Notes under the pieces: generated by a model | The model's input: the letters and a program-made list of their open reading frames with translations, nothing else | Databases searched by the model: none | Told to the model about the DNA's origin: nothing | Assembly (NCBI GenBank): GCA_963668625.2 | Contig: CAXXKA010000002.1 | Coordinates: forward strand, 1-44,562 | Length of the DNA: 44,562 bases | Reading direction: 5' to 3' | From: an uncultured candidate division Zixibacteria bacterium | GTDB lineage: Bacteria > Zixibacteria > MSB-5A5 > UBA10806 > 4484-95 | Program-made: the position numbers and the translations under genes | Shown: piece after piece, positions 29,970 through 38,585 of the stretch | Layout of the letters: every line of letters begins with the position of its first letter | Position numbering within the stretch: the stretch's first letter is position 1

Positions 29970-31688
29970 ATGCTTACCAAGATTATTGTAAATAATTTTA
30001 AGAGATTAGAGGATGTTGAGATAGAGTTAGGCAATCCTGTCGTATTCATCGGACCTAACAATTCTGGGAAAACATCGGCTTTACAAGCTATGGCTTTATG
30101 GGAAATAGGCATAAAACGCTGGCTAGAAAAAAGAAAAGGCTTAACTGCATCTTCACAAAGACCCGGAGTTACAATAAACAGGAGAGATCTAATATCAGCC
30201 CCTGTTCCTAATTCTAGATTATTATGGAAGAACCTGCATGTTAGGGATACAAAAGTAGTCGATGGCAAGCAAAGCACCGAAAATGTGAGGATTGATATTA
30301 CTGTCGAAGGGGCTAGCGATGGTAAAACTTGGCAATGTGGCCTTGAATATGACTACGCCAACGAGGAATCCTTCTATTGTCGACCATTAAGAATAGAAAA
30401 CGGCAAGAATCCGGCACGTATGCCTATTCCAACAGAGGCAGGTGATGTAAAGATCGCATTTCTCCCACCCATGTCGGGCTTAGCTTCAAATGAAATAAGG
30501 TTAGAGCCTGGAGCTATTAGTGTAAGAATAGGTGAAGGTCGTACGGCAGAAGTACTAAGAAATCTATGTTATAATATACATGATAAACATGACGAATGGA
30601 ATAAGCTTAAACATTCTATTAATTCATTGTTTGGAGTTGATATTAATACGCCTGAATATATTTCAGAGCGCGGTGAAATAGACATGACATATAACGAGTT
30701 GGGTATTAAATTGGATTTATCAAGTTCTGGGAGAGGATTGCAGCAGACTCTGTTGTTACTTGCTTACATGTATGCTAATCCTGGCTCTTTATTGTTGCTT
30801 GATGAACCTGATGCCCATCTTGAAATACTAAGGCAAAGGCAAATTTATCAAATATTATCAAATGTTGCATCAGAAACGGGTAGTCAAATTATAGCAGCAA
30901 GCCACTCAGAAATATTATTAAATGAAGCTGCTAATCGCGATACCGTTATCGCATTCGTAGGAAGTAGACCGCATCGTATAGATGATAGGGGAAGCCAGGT
31001 ACTTAAATCATTAAAAGATATTGGCTATGAACATTATTATCAAGCCGAACATACCGGATGGGTTTTGTATTTGGAGGGTTCGACTGATCTTGCAATCTTG
31101 TTGGAATTTGCAAAGTGTATCAGTAATCATGAAGCTATAAAAGCGTTAGAGAGGCCTTTCGTTTGTTATGTTGGGAATAATCAAAAAGAAGTTAAAAGGC
31201 ACTACTATGGTTTGAAGGAAGCTGTTCCATCTTTAAAAGGAATAGCAATATTTGATAGACTCGAAAAAGGAATTGATCATGATCTTGGCGCTGATGGTTA
31301 TCAATGGGAAAAAAGAGAAATAGAAAACTATTTATGCTTTCCCGAAGCGCTAATGAGTTACGTTGAAAATGAAACTGGCACTGGATGTTTTGGGCCTCTT
31401 TTTGACGATGCGAAGATACCTGCTTTTAAGCAAGCTATGCAAGATACAATAACCGAGTTGGAAAAAGCATTAAGTTCTTTAGATAAGGGATCTCCTTGGG
31501 GAGATGATCTTAAAGTGAGCGATGAATTTCTGACGCCATTATTCCAAAAATTCTTTAAAAAGATTAATATGCCTAACACTATGCTAAAGACTAATTTCCA
31601 TAGATTAGCGAAATATGTTCCTATTGAGAAAATTGATGGTGAAGTAAATCGAATGCTTGCAAGAATAGTCAGGATTTCAAAAATCTAA
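29970..31688 (+). CDS. ABC-type ATPase + Toprim-like domain (OLD-family-like ATP-dependent nuclease)
   Basis: NNFK, Walker A GPNNSGKT, signature SSGRG, Walker B LLLLDEPDAHL, H-loop ASHS, Toprim-like YLEGSTD and REIENYL; visibly more AT-rich than its flanks. Confidence 0.75.
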   Translation: MLTKIIVNNFKRLEDVEIELGNPVVFIGPNNSGKTSALQAMALWEIGIKRWLEKRKGLTASSQRPGVTINRRDLISAPVPNSRLLWKNLHVRDTKVVDGKQSTENVRIDITVEGASDGKTWQCGLEYDYANEESFYCRPLRIENGKNPARMPIPTEAGDVKIAFLPPMSGLASNEIRLEPGAISVRIGEGRTAEVLRNLCYNIHDKHDEWNKLKHSINSLFGVDINTPEYISERGEIDMTYNELGIKLDLSSSGRGLQQTLLLLAYMYANPGSLLLLDEPDAHLEILRQRQIYQILSNVASETGSQIIAASHSEILLNEAANRDTVIAFVGSRPHRIDDRGSQVLKSLKDIGYEHYYQAEHTGWVLYLEGSTDLAILLEFAKCISNHEAIKALERPFVCYVGNNQKEVKRHYYGLKEAVPSLKGIAIFDRLEKGIDHDLGADGYQWEKREIENYLCFPEALMSYVENETGTGCFGPLFDDAKIPAFKQAMQDTITELEKALSSLDKGSPWGDDLKVSDEFLTPLFQKFFKKINMPNTMLKTNFHRLAKYVPIEKIDGEVNRMLARIVRISKI

Positions 31689-31720
31689 AAATCCCGGTTA
31701 CTTCTAAATGTCTCTTCTTG

Positions 31721-32566
31721 TTAATTCCCGTTTCCGTTTTTCGCCAGTTTAACTTTTAGCTTTAACTTCAACGGGTCGGGCATATTCGGGCGCTCGCCTC
31801 CGCCCATGCCACCGCCGGGAGGGCCGCCCATAGCACCGCCACCTCCGCTTGGTGGGCCAACCATGCTGCCTCTATCACCGCCGCCGGAACCGCGACCGCC
31901 GCCACGAGACTTTTTCGTCGAGTTTTTATCGAACTCGAGAGTTTCTATTTCTACTTTAATCTTTTCGCCGTCTTTAGCCTCAACCGCGTAGGGGAAATCT
32001 GTCGTGGACTTGATAGGGAACTGAAGTTCGTACACGAATCGATCGTTTCGAGTTTCCACGATTGCCGATATCCCCATCAGGTTGACGACCGGTATCGTGG
32101 CAATCGTCTCCTTATCCTTGTTAATTATTTGTATCTCTTTTAACGAGGTTTCCCGGTGTTGCTGGCGGGGATCGACATCGTCGCTGGAGTTACTCTGCTG
32201 TCTCATCTCACCCGGTTTGAAATCTGCTATCGAGATACCGACAGGATATTTTATACCGAATTTCTTCTTGGCCTTGGACTCGATCCAGACAATCATCCCG
32301 GCGGCTATCGCCTGGCGCGCGACTATCTGATCGAGAGGGGTAATACACAGGTACAGGTACGAGTCATCGTTCATGACGCCGATATTGACATTGTCATCAT
32401 CGAAACTGTACATCCTGCCTTCCCAGTCGGACATCGCGCCATCGATAGTGACCTCGCCGTTGGGGCGGAAGCTATCGATATCATCGGCGATGACCGTACC
32501 GGTAATCACCATGATAAAAATTATTGCCGCCGACAATGGATTGCCGTGTGTTTGAAAAAATCTCAT
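31721..32566 (-). CDS. Exported hypothetical protein with Gly-rich low-complexity tail
   Basis: ATG 32566 follows RBS GAGGAG; signal-like helix; IDGAMSDW and YLYLCI resemble DOMON/CBM9-like starts; GGGRGSGGG...GGPPGGGMGG tail. Confidence 0.7.
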   Translation of the reverse strand: MRFFQTHGNPLSAAIIFIMVITGTVIADDIDSFRPNGEVTIDGAMSDWEGRMYSFDDDNVNIGVMNDDSYLYLCITPLDQIVARQAIAAGMIVWIESKAKKKFGIKYPVGISIADFKPGEMRQQSNSSDDVDPRQQHRETSLKEIQIINKDKETIATIPVVNLMGISAIVETRNDRFVYELQFPIKSTTDFPYAVEAKDGEKIKVEIETLEFDKNSTKKSRGGGRGSGGGDRGSMVGPPSGGGGAMGGPPGGGMGGGERPNMPDPLKLKLKVKLAKNGNGN

Positions 32567-32598
32567 CCAATTCTCCTCATATTTTTTATTACTACACA

Positions 32599-33819
32599 CT
32601 ATTCATATCTTAAAGCATCTATTGGGTTTAGCATGGCCGCTTTACGCGCCGGGTAGAATCCGAAAAAGATACCGACCGCTCCCGAAAAAATAAACGAGAT
32701 CGCGATAATGATTGGCTTTATGACCAGGCTAAGGTCGGTAAACTCATTCAACACGTAAGATATTCCCATAGAGAGGAGTATTCCAATTATCCCACCGGTT
32801 AAACTGAGTACTACCGCCTCGGAGAGAAATTGTACGAGTATATCGCTGCCGCGCGCGCCTACCGATAGCCTGATACCGATCTCGCGAGTTCTCTCGGTAA
32901 CCGATACCAGCATGATATTCATGATACCGATGCCGCCTACAAGGAGCGATACCGCAGCGATCGATCCCAGTAACAATGTCATCGTTTTGGAGGTCTCGGT
33001 GACTGCCTCGGTAATCTCCGCCTGTGTTCGGATGGTGAAATCATCCTCTACGCCATATTCCAATCCATGTTGTTCCCTGATAAGTGTGCGTATTTCCTCC
33101 TGGGCCGCCGTCATCTCATCCAGTGTGATACTGCTGGCGTTTATCATATCGACATAGCGGCCTCCCTTAAGACGGTACAATACCGTGGTCGAGGGCGCCA
33201 GGATGATATCATCCTGATCCTGTCCCATACTATTCTGGCCTTTTTCTTTTAATACGCCGATAATTTTGAAAGGTATGTTACGAATTCGTACTTTCTCGCC
33301 CGTGGGATCCTGATCGGGAAACAACTCATCGGCAATCGTCTTGCCTATCAGACAAACTTTCCTTTTAGAGGTGATATCTTTCTCGGTAAAAAAATCGCCG
33401 TACTCTATCTCCCAATTCCTGATCGTGAAGTAGTCGGTATTCACGCCGTATAACGAGGTGCTCCAGTTGCCTTCTCCACCGATGATCTGACCGCCGGCTC
33501 TGACTATGGGGGTCACGGCAGATAACAGGGTGGTGTTTTCCCTGAGCTCCTCGACATCATCCAAAGTGAAAACATCCCGACTGCCGGCCCCGCGATGAAC
33601 CCCGCCCATACTGCTCGAGCCGGGAAAGATTATAATCAGGTTAGTACCCAGCGAATTTATTTGATTCTCTATCTTGGCCTGTGATCCCTCACCTACCGCC
33701 ACCATGACAATCACCGCGCTGACGCCTATGATAATTCCCAGCGAGGTCAGCAAACTTCTCATGCGGTTTTTCATGATACTTCGAAAGGCAAGTTTTATCA
33801 AATTTCTCATTTGTCTCAT
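32599..33819 (-). CDS. MacB/FtsX-family ABC permease
   Basis: RSLLTSLGIIIGV, GGIGIMNIMLVSVTERTREIG, PARKAA.LNPIDALRYE. Confidence 0.93.
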   Translation of the reverse strand: MRQMRNLIKLAFRSIMKNRMRSLLTSLGIIIGVSAVIVMVAVGEGSQAKIENQINSLGTNLIIIFPGSSSMGGVHRGAGSRDVFTLDDVEELRENTTLLSAVTPIVRAGGQIIGGEGNWSTSLYGVNTDYFTIRNWEIEYGDFFTEKDITSKRKVCLIGKTIADELFPDQDPTGEKVRIRNIPFKIIGVLKEKGQNSMGQDQDDIILAPSTTVLYRLKGGRYVDMINASSITLDEMTAAQEEIRTLIREQHGLEYGVEDDFTIRTQAEITEAVTETSKTMTLLLGSIAAVSLLVGGIGIMNIMLVSVTERTREIGIRLSVGARGSDILVQFLSEAVVLSLTGGIIGILLSMGISYVLNEFTDLSLVIKPIIIAISFIFSGAVGIFFGFYPARKAAMLNPIDALRYE

Positions 33820-33834
33820 ATTATGTTTTTCCCA

Positions 33835-34605
33835 TTATACGGCCGCTCGTGTTTCATATTGACTGTCCGCGATCGCCTCATCCAGATCTTTACGGGCATC
33901 CCGGCGATTTTCAACCGGCGAGTCCAATACGATTCTACCATCATGCATTTTTACCACTCTACCGGCGTAAGCAACGTTTTCCGGTTCGTGAGTCACCAGT
34001 ATTACCGTGATACCCTGATTATTTAATTCCTGGAAAATCGCAAGTACATCGATGGACGTGATACTATCGAGATTGCCGGTCGGTTCATCGGCCAAAATTA
34101 TCGAGGGTTTATTGACAAGCGCCCGGGCTATGGCGACTCTCTGCTGCTGACCGCCGGAAAGCTGATTTGGCTCATGCTCCAGACGTTCACCCAATCCCAC
34201 CCTGTTCAACGCCTCGATCGCTGCCTGCCGTGGATTTTCAATTCTCAATGTTCTATCGTATGATAGCGGCAACTCTACATTCTCCAGCGCCGAGGTGCGG
34301 GGAAGAAGATTGAATCCCTGGAATACGAAACCTATTTTCTGGTTTCGAATATTCGCATACTCATTTTTATCCAGAAAACTTACGTCTTTGTCATCCAGTA
34401 TGTACTGACCAGAGGTAGGCATGTCAAGGCAGCCCAGAAGATTCATCAAGGTGGACTTACCCGAGCCGGATGATCCCATGATTGCCAGGAATTCTCCGGG
34501 GTATACTTCCAGGTCTATACCGCGAAGAGCCTCGACTGAGACATCCCCCATGCGGTAGGTTTTAGTTAGTTTTTTTATTTCGATTACCGGTTTTAAATCT
34601 TTCAA
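33835..34605 (-). CDS. MacB/LolD-family ABC ATP-binding protein
   Basis: GSSGSGKST, IGFVFQ, LSGGQQQRVAIARAL, ADEPTGNLD, VTHE. Confidence 0.95.
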   Translation of the reverse strand: MKDLKPVIEIKKLTKTYRMGDVSVEALRGIDLEVYPGEFLAIMGSSGSGKSTLMNLLGCLDMPTSGQYILDDKDVSFLDKNEYANIRNQKIGFVFQGFNLLPRTSALENVELPLSYDRTLRIENPRQAAIEALNRVGLGERLEHEPNQLSGGQQQRVAIARALVNKPSIILADEPTGNLDSITSIDVLAIFQELNNQGITVILVTHEPENVAYAGRVVKMHDGRIVLDSPVENRRDARKDLDEAIADSQYETRAAV

Positions 34606-34626
34606 TTTGATTACCCCTTTGTTATG

Positions 34627-35904
34627 TCAAAACCTGGGTGGCGGGCCGCCCATTCGTCTGTTGCTTTGGCCGGAATTAGTATCGTAACCGGAGATGGAGG
34701 TCGAACTACTGACAATCATCATACCTTCGGTTAAGTCCCTACTCCTGACTATTTCGGTATACTTGCCGTCACTCATACCGGTCATTACCGGTTCCATTGC
34801 CAGGTTGCCGTCATTATCGAGATACCAGATTTGTCCGCGATTCGAATCATCCTCCGTTACCGACTGTTTTGCTCCGGTCTCGCCGGCGCCGGCCATCTTA
34901 GGCCGTCTGTTAGCGCGTATCTCTTTGAGCGAGTCAGGCATCGATGCGAATTCTTTTCTTTTCTTTTTGAAAAAGCTTTCAGCCAGTTCCGGCGAGGGTT
35001 GAAATTTCAGGGCCCTATTCGGTACTAGTAATACGTTTTCGCGCGAGTCGATGATGAAGTCTATCGAGGCAGTCATACCGGGCAATAGAAGATCATCCTC
35101 GTTGGCGGCATCGATTACCACCGTGTAGGTAACTACATTCGATACGGTTTCCGGCTGAAGGCGCACCTGGGTGACGGTGCCGGTGAATTCCTTATCGGAG
35201 TAAGCCTGCACCTCGAATCGTACCTGTTGACCCTGTTTGATTTCGCCGATATCGCTCTCATCAACGGCTGCCAATATCTCCATCCGTGACAAATTCTCCG
35301 CGATTATAAACAGGGTAGGTGTCGATAAACTGGCGGCGACTGTCTGGCCTGCCTCAACATTGTTCTGGATCACGGTACCATTAATGGGCGAGGTGATATA
35401 AGCATATCCCAGGTTTCGGATCGCTCTGTCAAGCGCCGATTGCGCGGATTTGATAGAGGCTTTCTGTGATCTCAATGCGATTTTATAAGGCAAATAATCC
35501 AACTCGGAGATTAGATTTTTCTCATATAATGATAAGTACTTCTCTTGTTCGATTTGCGCCTGCTCGAGTTGCGCGGAAGCTTTTTCGAGATTCGCCTCGG
35601 CATCCAGTATTGATGATTTTAATAGAGCGGTATCCAGGACAGCCAGCAATTGTCCTTTCCCAACTTCATCGTTGAAATCGACGAAAATCTCGGCGAGTGT
35701 ACCGGAAACCTGGGTGCCGATCTCTACGGTTGTCATCGGGCTTAAACTGCCGCTTGCTGATATCGTATTTTCGAGATTGCCTCGAGAGATTTCAACGGTT
35801 TTAAACTGCTTTTGGCTTTCACCTGAATTACTATAGATATAGTACCCCAGAGAGGAACCGATCAAAGCTAATATTATCAGGCTGATTACAAGTTTTTTCT
35901 TCAC
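34627..35904 (-). CDS. MacA-like periplasmic adaptor
   Basis: GTQVSG, VDFND.V.KGQLLA, GQTVAASL, VDESDIG, LLPGMTA. Start placed at GTG 35904 (RBS AAAGGA) rather than 35940. Confidence 0.9.
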   Translation of the reverse strand: MKKKLVISLIILALIGSSLGYYIYSNSGESQKQFKTVEISRGNLENTISASGSLSPMTTVEIGTQVSGTLAEIFVDFNDEVGKGQLLAVLDTALLKSSILDAEANLEKASAQLEQAQIEQEKYLSLYEKNLISELDYLPYKIALRSQKASIKSAQSALDRAIRNLGYAYITSPINGTVIQNNVEAGQTVAASLSTPTLFIIAENLSRMEILAAVDESDIGEIKQGQQVRFEVQAYSDKEFTGTVTQVRLQPETVSNVVTYTVVIDAANEDDLLLPGMTASIDFIIDSRENVLLVPNRALKFQPSPELAESFFKKKRKEFASMPDSLKEIRANRRPKMAGAGETGAKQSVTEDDSNRGQIWYLDNDGNLAMEPVMTGMSDGKYTEIVRSRDLTEGMMIVSSSTSISGYDTNSGQSNRRMGGPPPRF

Positions 35905-35943
35905 TTTATTTTTCCTTTCACTCCCTAATTTATTGTTCACACT

Positions 35944-35971
35944 TTTGACCCGTTAATCGATACAAAGTTTA
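35944..35971 (-). promoter_or_regulatory. Candidate ECF-type promoter for the MacAB-like operon
   Basis: Minus strand TAAAC-N17-GTCAAA. Confidence 0.35.
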
Positions 35972-36020
35972 AATAGATATCGCTTACGAGTTATACTCGG
36001 TTAGATAAAAAGGATTTAAC

Positions 36021-36049
36021 TTGAGATATAAGTAGAATCTGATTATTAT
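36021..36049 (+). promoter_or_regulatory. Sigma-70 promoter of tRNA-Sec
   Basis: TTGAGA-N17-TATTAT, ending 6 nt before tRNA position 1. Confidence 0.6.
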
Positions 36050-36055
36050 ATAAAT

Positions 36056-36148
36056 GGAAGCGGATGGGGTCTGGTGGCTCCCGCGGTCTTCAAAACCGTA
36101 GACGGACGGCGATCCCGGCCGTGGCAGGTTCGATTCCTGTCCCTTCCG
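36056..36148 (+). tRNA. selC: tRNA-Sec (anticodon UCA), CCA not encoded
   Basis: 5' GGAAG; 6-bp D stem GGGGTC/GGCTCC with 4-nt loop TGGT; anticodon loop CT-TCA-AA (36090-36092); long variable arm; T arm GCAGG-TTCGATT-CCTGT; 3' CCCTTCC plus discriminator G. Confidence 0.95.
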
Positions 36149-36267
36149 CTTTTTGTAAACACCTTAACCCCTTGAGATACAAGCTTATAACCCCTATTTC
36201 TGCAGGAAGTTACCTAATCCCATATATGCGTAAATATCGGTAGTTTTAGGTAACTCATGGCGGGTTT

Positions 36268-36287
36268 TGGTCACCGTATGGTCACCG
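36268..36287 (+). repeat. Tandem direct repeat TGGTCACCG x2, candidate integrase arm-type sites
   Basis: 36268-36276 and 36279-36287 (11-bp period), about 120 nt from the tRNA end. Confidence 0.6.
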
Positions 36288-36362
36288 CAGTGACACTGCC
36301 TAGGCATCTTCAAATGCCGAATTTTATATTATAATGGTGTTTTGGAATGGATAAATAATCGT

Positions 36363-36392
36363 AAAAAAAGGGGTCCAATGACCGCCTTTTTT
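36363..36392. terminator. Bidirectional terminator at the integrase stop
   Basis: A7-GG-GGTC-CAAT-GACC-G-CC-T6. Confidence 0.55.
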
Positions 36393-37410
36393 AGAGTTTG
36401 CTTATTGCATTGATATGCTGAGATGGATGAAGGTGAACATATATCATTGTGGATTCGATGTCCGCGTGTCCCATTAATTCCTGAACAACTGGCAGGGGAA
36501 CGCCTGATTTAACTAATCTTGTCCCAAACGTGTGCCTCAATACATGATGGCTGCCTTTGATGCCCGTTTCCCTTAATAATTCACGGAATTCATTGGATGG
36601 CCCATTCCTACCACTTTTTTCACCACGGCCATCATTGCGTGGGAACACAAAATTGGCAGACTGTTCATCTTTGTACTTCTTTAAAGCTTTAACTAAACGG
36701 GAATGCATAGGAATCGATCTGGGGCGTTTACCCTTCGGAGTAACTTCCTCATCCGAGCGTACTGTAACAGTTTTCTTTTCGAAATCGATATCACGCCATT
36801 GGAGGTTAATCATTTCACCGTTACGGAGGCCAGCGTATGCCCCCAGAGCTACGATAGCTCTCTGCCTGGGATTAGCAATAGACCATAATGATTCAAGCTC
36901 TTCATCGGTGAAGTATCTTAACCGTTTTGGAATCTTGATTTTCTTAAAACCTGCTGTTGGATTTTTTTCGATCATCTCCCACTTAATTGCCTGGTTTAAT
37001 ACGGTGCGAAGAAGAGTAAGAGCATTGTTGAAACTCCTGGGTGTAATATCAGATTCAACCTGAAATTCGGATATAATTTTATGGTTGATCTGATCGGGAA
37101 GTTTGATTCTTTTGCGAGCGAAAAATTCCTGCCATAGTTTCAAATAGGTTCGTTCGGTTTTCCATGTGGTATACGCTTTATATTTTTCAGCTTGTTTTAG
37201 GAATGATCGGAATAACTCGGGAATACTTACTTTTAACTCTTTAAGTTTCTTCTCATAGGGATTATTGCCTTTAAATAATTCGACTTCTAATTCTTGCCGT
37301 CTGAACTCGGCGAGTTTTTCCTCTCCTGTTCCAGTTGAAATGCGTTGGCGTCTACCGTTTGAGCGGAAGTTTAAATACCATACGCCTCGCTTCTTGTATT
37401 TCGATACCAC
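36391..37410 (-). CDS. Phage-type tyrosine integrase
   Basis: N-terminal arm-binding-like WYLNFRSNGRRQRISTGT; catalytic GLRNGE (R), K, HVLRH, MGH, TMIY; RBS AGGAGG. Confidence 0.95.
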   Translation of the reverse strand: MVSKYKKRGVWYLNFRSNGRRQRISTGTGEEKLAEFRRQELEVELFKGNNPYEKKLKELKVSIPELFRSFLKQAEKYKAYTTWKTERTYLKLWQEFFARKRIKLPDQINHKIISEFQVESDITPRSFNNALTLLRTVLNQAIKWEMIEKNPTAGFKKIKIPKRLRYFTDEELESLWSIANPRQRAIVALGAYAGLRNGEMINLQWRDIDFEKKTVTVRSDEEVTPKGKRPRSIPMHSRLVKALKKYKDEQSANFVFPRNDGRGEKSGRNGPSNEFRELLRETGIKGSHHVLRHTFGTRLVKSGVPLPVVQELMGHADIESTMIYVHLHPSQHINAISKL

Positions 37411-37425
37411 ATGTTCACCTCCTTT

Positions 37426-37647
37426 CTATGAGTTGGGTTTGTACCTGAAATATGCCAGCACGACCGTTTTCTCAGCCATAAACTCACCATTAATGATATA
37501 CCCCTTAAGTCGCTTTTTAGGATCAGTGTGATTTATATACTTATCGATTGTCCTGGGATCGCGCCTGAACAACCGACAGATATCACGTCTGGTCCAAAAA
37601 GCTTCCTGCATTAGTTCATCTGGTGTTTTGCGTTTAGGCCGTGGCAT
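37426..37647 (-). CDS. Xis-like small basic winged-helix protein (putative recombination directionality factor)
   Basis: 73 aa, basic; WTRRDICRLFRRDPRTIDKYI (HTH) and LKGYIINGEF (wing); directly upstream of int. Confidence 0.7.
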   Translation of the reverse strand: MPRPKRKTPDELMQEAFWTRRDICRLFRRDPRTIDKYINHTDPKKRLKGYIINGEFMAEKTVVLAYFRYKPNS

Positions 37648-37746
37648 GTTAACATTCCAACTTTCTTATTCCACAATTTCCCAATTAAATCACCTCCCAG
37701 CCGTCATAGTAAATGACTGGGAGGTTATATAGTGAGAATTCAGCTA

Positions 37747-38511
37747 TCATTGGCTCGTTGAGTCCAAACATCCCAATTCCTTTAAGAAGTACTCACAAAA
37801 TTCGCAGACAATGAGGGTTGTTTCTTCAGGAGTTGGTAACTTGCCGTCTTTGTTAAGGAAAATGCCACCTGAATCCATATCATACAGATTTCTGAAGAAG
37901 TAATCCCTATCGCTCGATGGTAGCTGATTGAACTTTTCATGATCAATCCTGTTAAGCAAATGCCAGGGCCTGTCATACTTGAAGTAATGGAATAGATCCA
38001 TTTGTTCAAGCCAATCACGTATCACCCATTTCTTGCCTGTACCCAAAGCGCATTCTTTATGGCTTTTCGGAAGAAGAATAGAAAAATTATTATTATCGAA
38101 TACTCTTCCAAGAGGATACAATCTACATCCCATAGGCCTATCATTATAAATACTGCATTGGTTGTTCTCCAAAAACGGGCATACATTATTGTAATCATCT
38201 CCGTTAAATTTCAGATATAACTCCATTGATTGGGTTTGAGGGCATGCTACTAAACCAGCATGTTGCTCTATAAATTTTGTTGTAGTTATATCTAAACGCC
38301 TTGACATTCTGATAATGTCGTAGGGCGCAAGAAGTAGCTTGTCAAAGCGATGATGATCGGAGCGGTTTTTACAACAGCGCGTACACTGAGAGCATGTAAA
38401 ATTAAAAGTATCATCTGGACCTAACAATTCGAAGTCTTTACCGAATCGAGCCACTAATCTATGCCGCGCTGCAGCATCCAATTTTAAATCATTTGGCGCA
38501 ACGAATATCAT
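37747..38511 (-). CDS. YkgJ-family CxxCxxCC metal-cluster protein
   Basis: FTCSQCTRCC, CPFL...CSIYNDRPMGCRLYP. Confidence 0.85.
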   Translation of the reverse strand: MIFVAPNDLKLDAAARHRLVARFGKDFELLGPDDTFNFTCSQCTRCCKNRSDHHRFDKLLLAPYDIIRMSRRLDITTTKFIEQHAGLVACPQTQSMELYLKFNGDDYNNVCPFLENNQCSIYNDRPMGCRLYPLGRVFDNNNFSILLPKSHKECALGTGKKWVIRDWLEQMDLFHYFKYDRPWHLLNRIDHEKFNQLPSSDRDYFFRNLYDMDSGGIFLNKDGKLPTPEETTLIVCEFCEYFLKELGCLDSTSQ

Positions 38512-38585
38512 AAAGTCCTCCTTAGCTGAGTTTTTTATTATCTTTCTTAAGCCTAGTCATTAGGCACCTTGTTTAAAAAAGAAGC

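Noticed and set aside
31790-31905. GC-rich repeats (CCGCC runs) as a DNA repeat element
   Set aside because: They simply encode the Gly-rich tail of the minus-strand protein.
1-36055. Hidden selenoprotein (in-frame TGA read-through), given selC
   Set aside because: The redox genes I inspected are full length with Cys codons; no TGA falls at a catalytic position.
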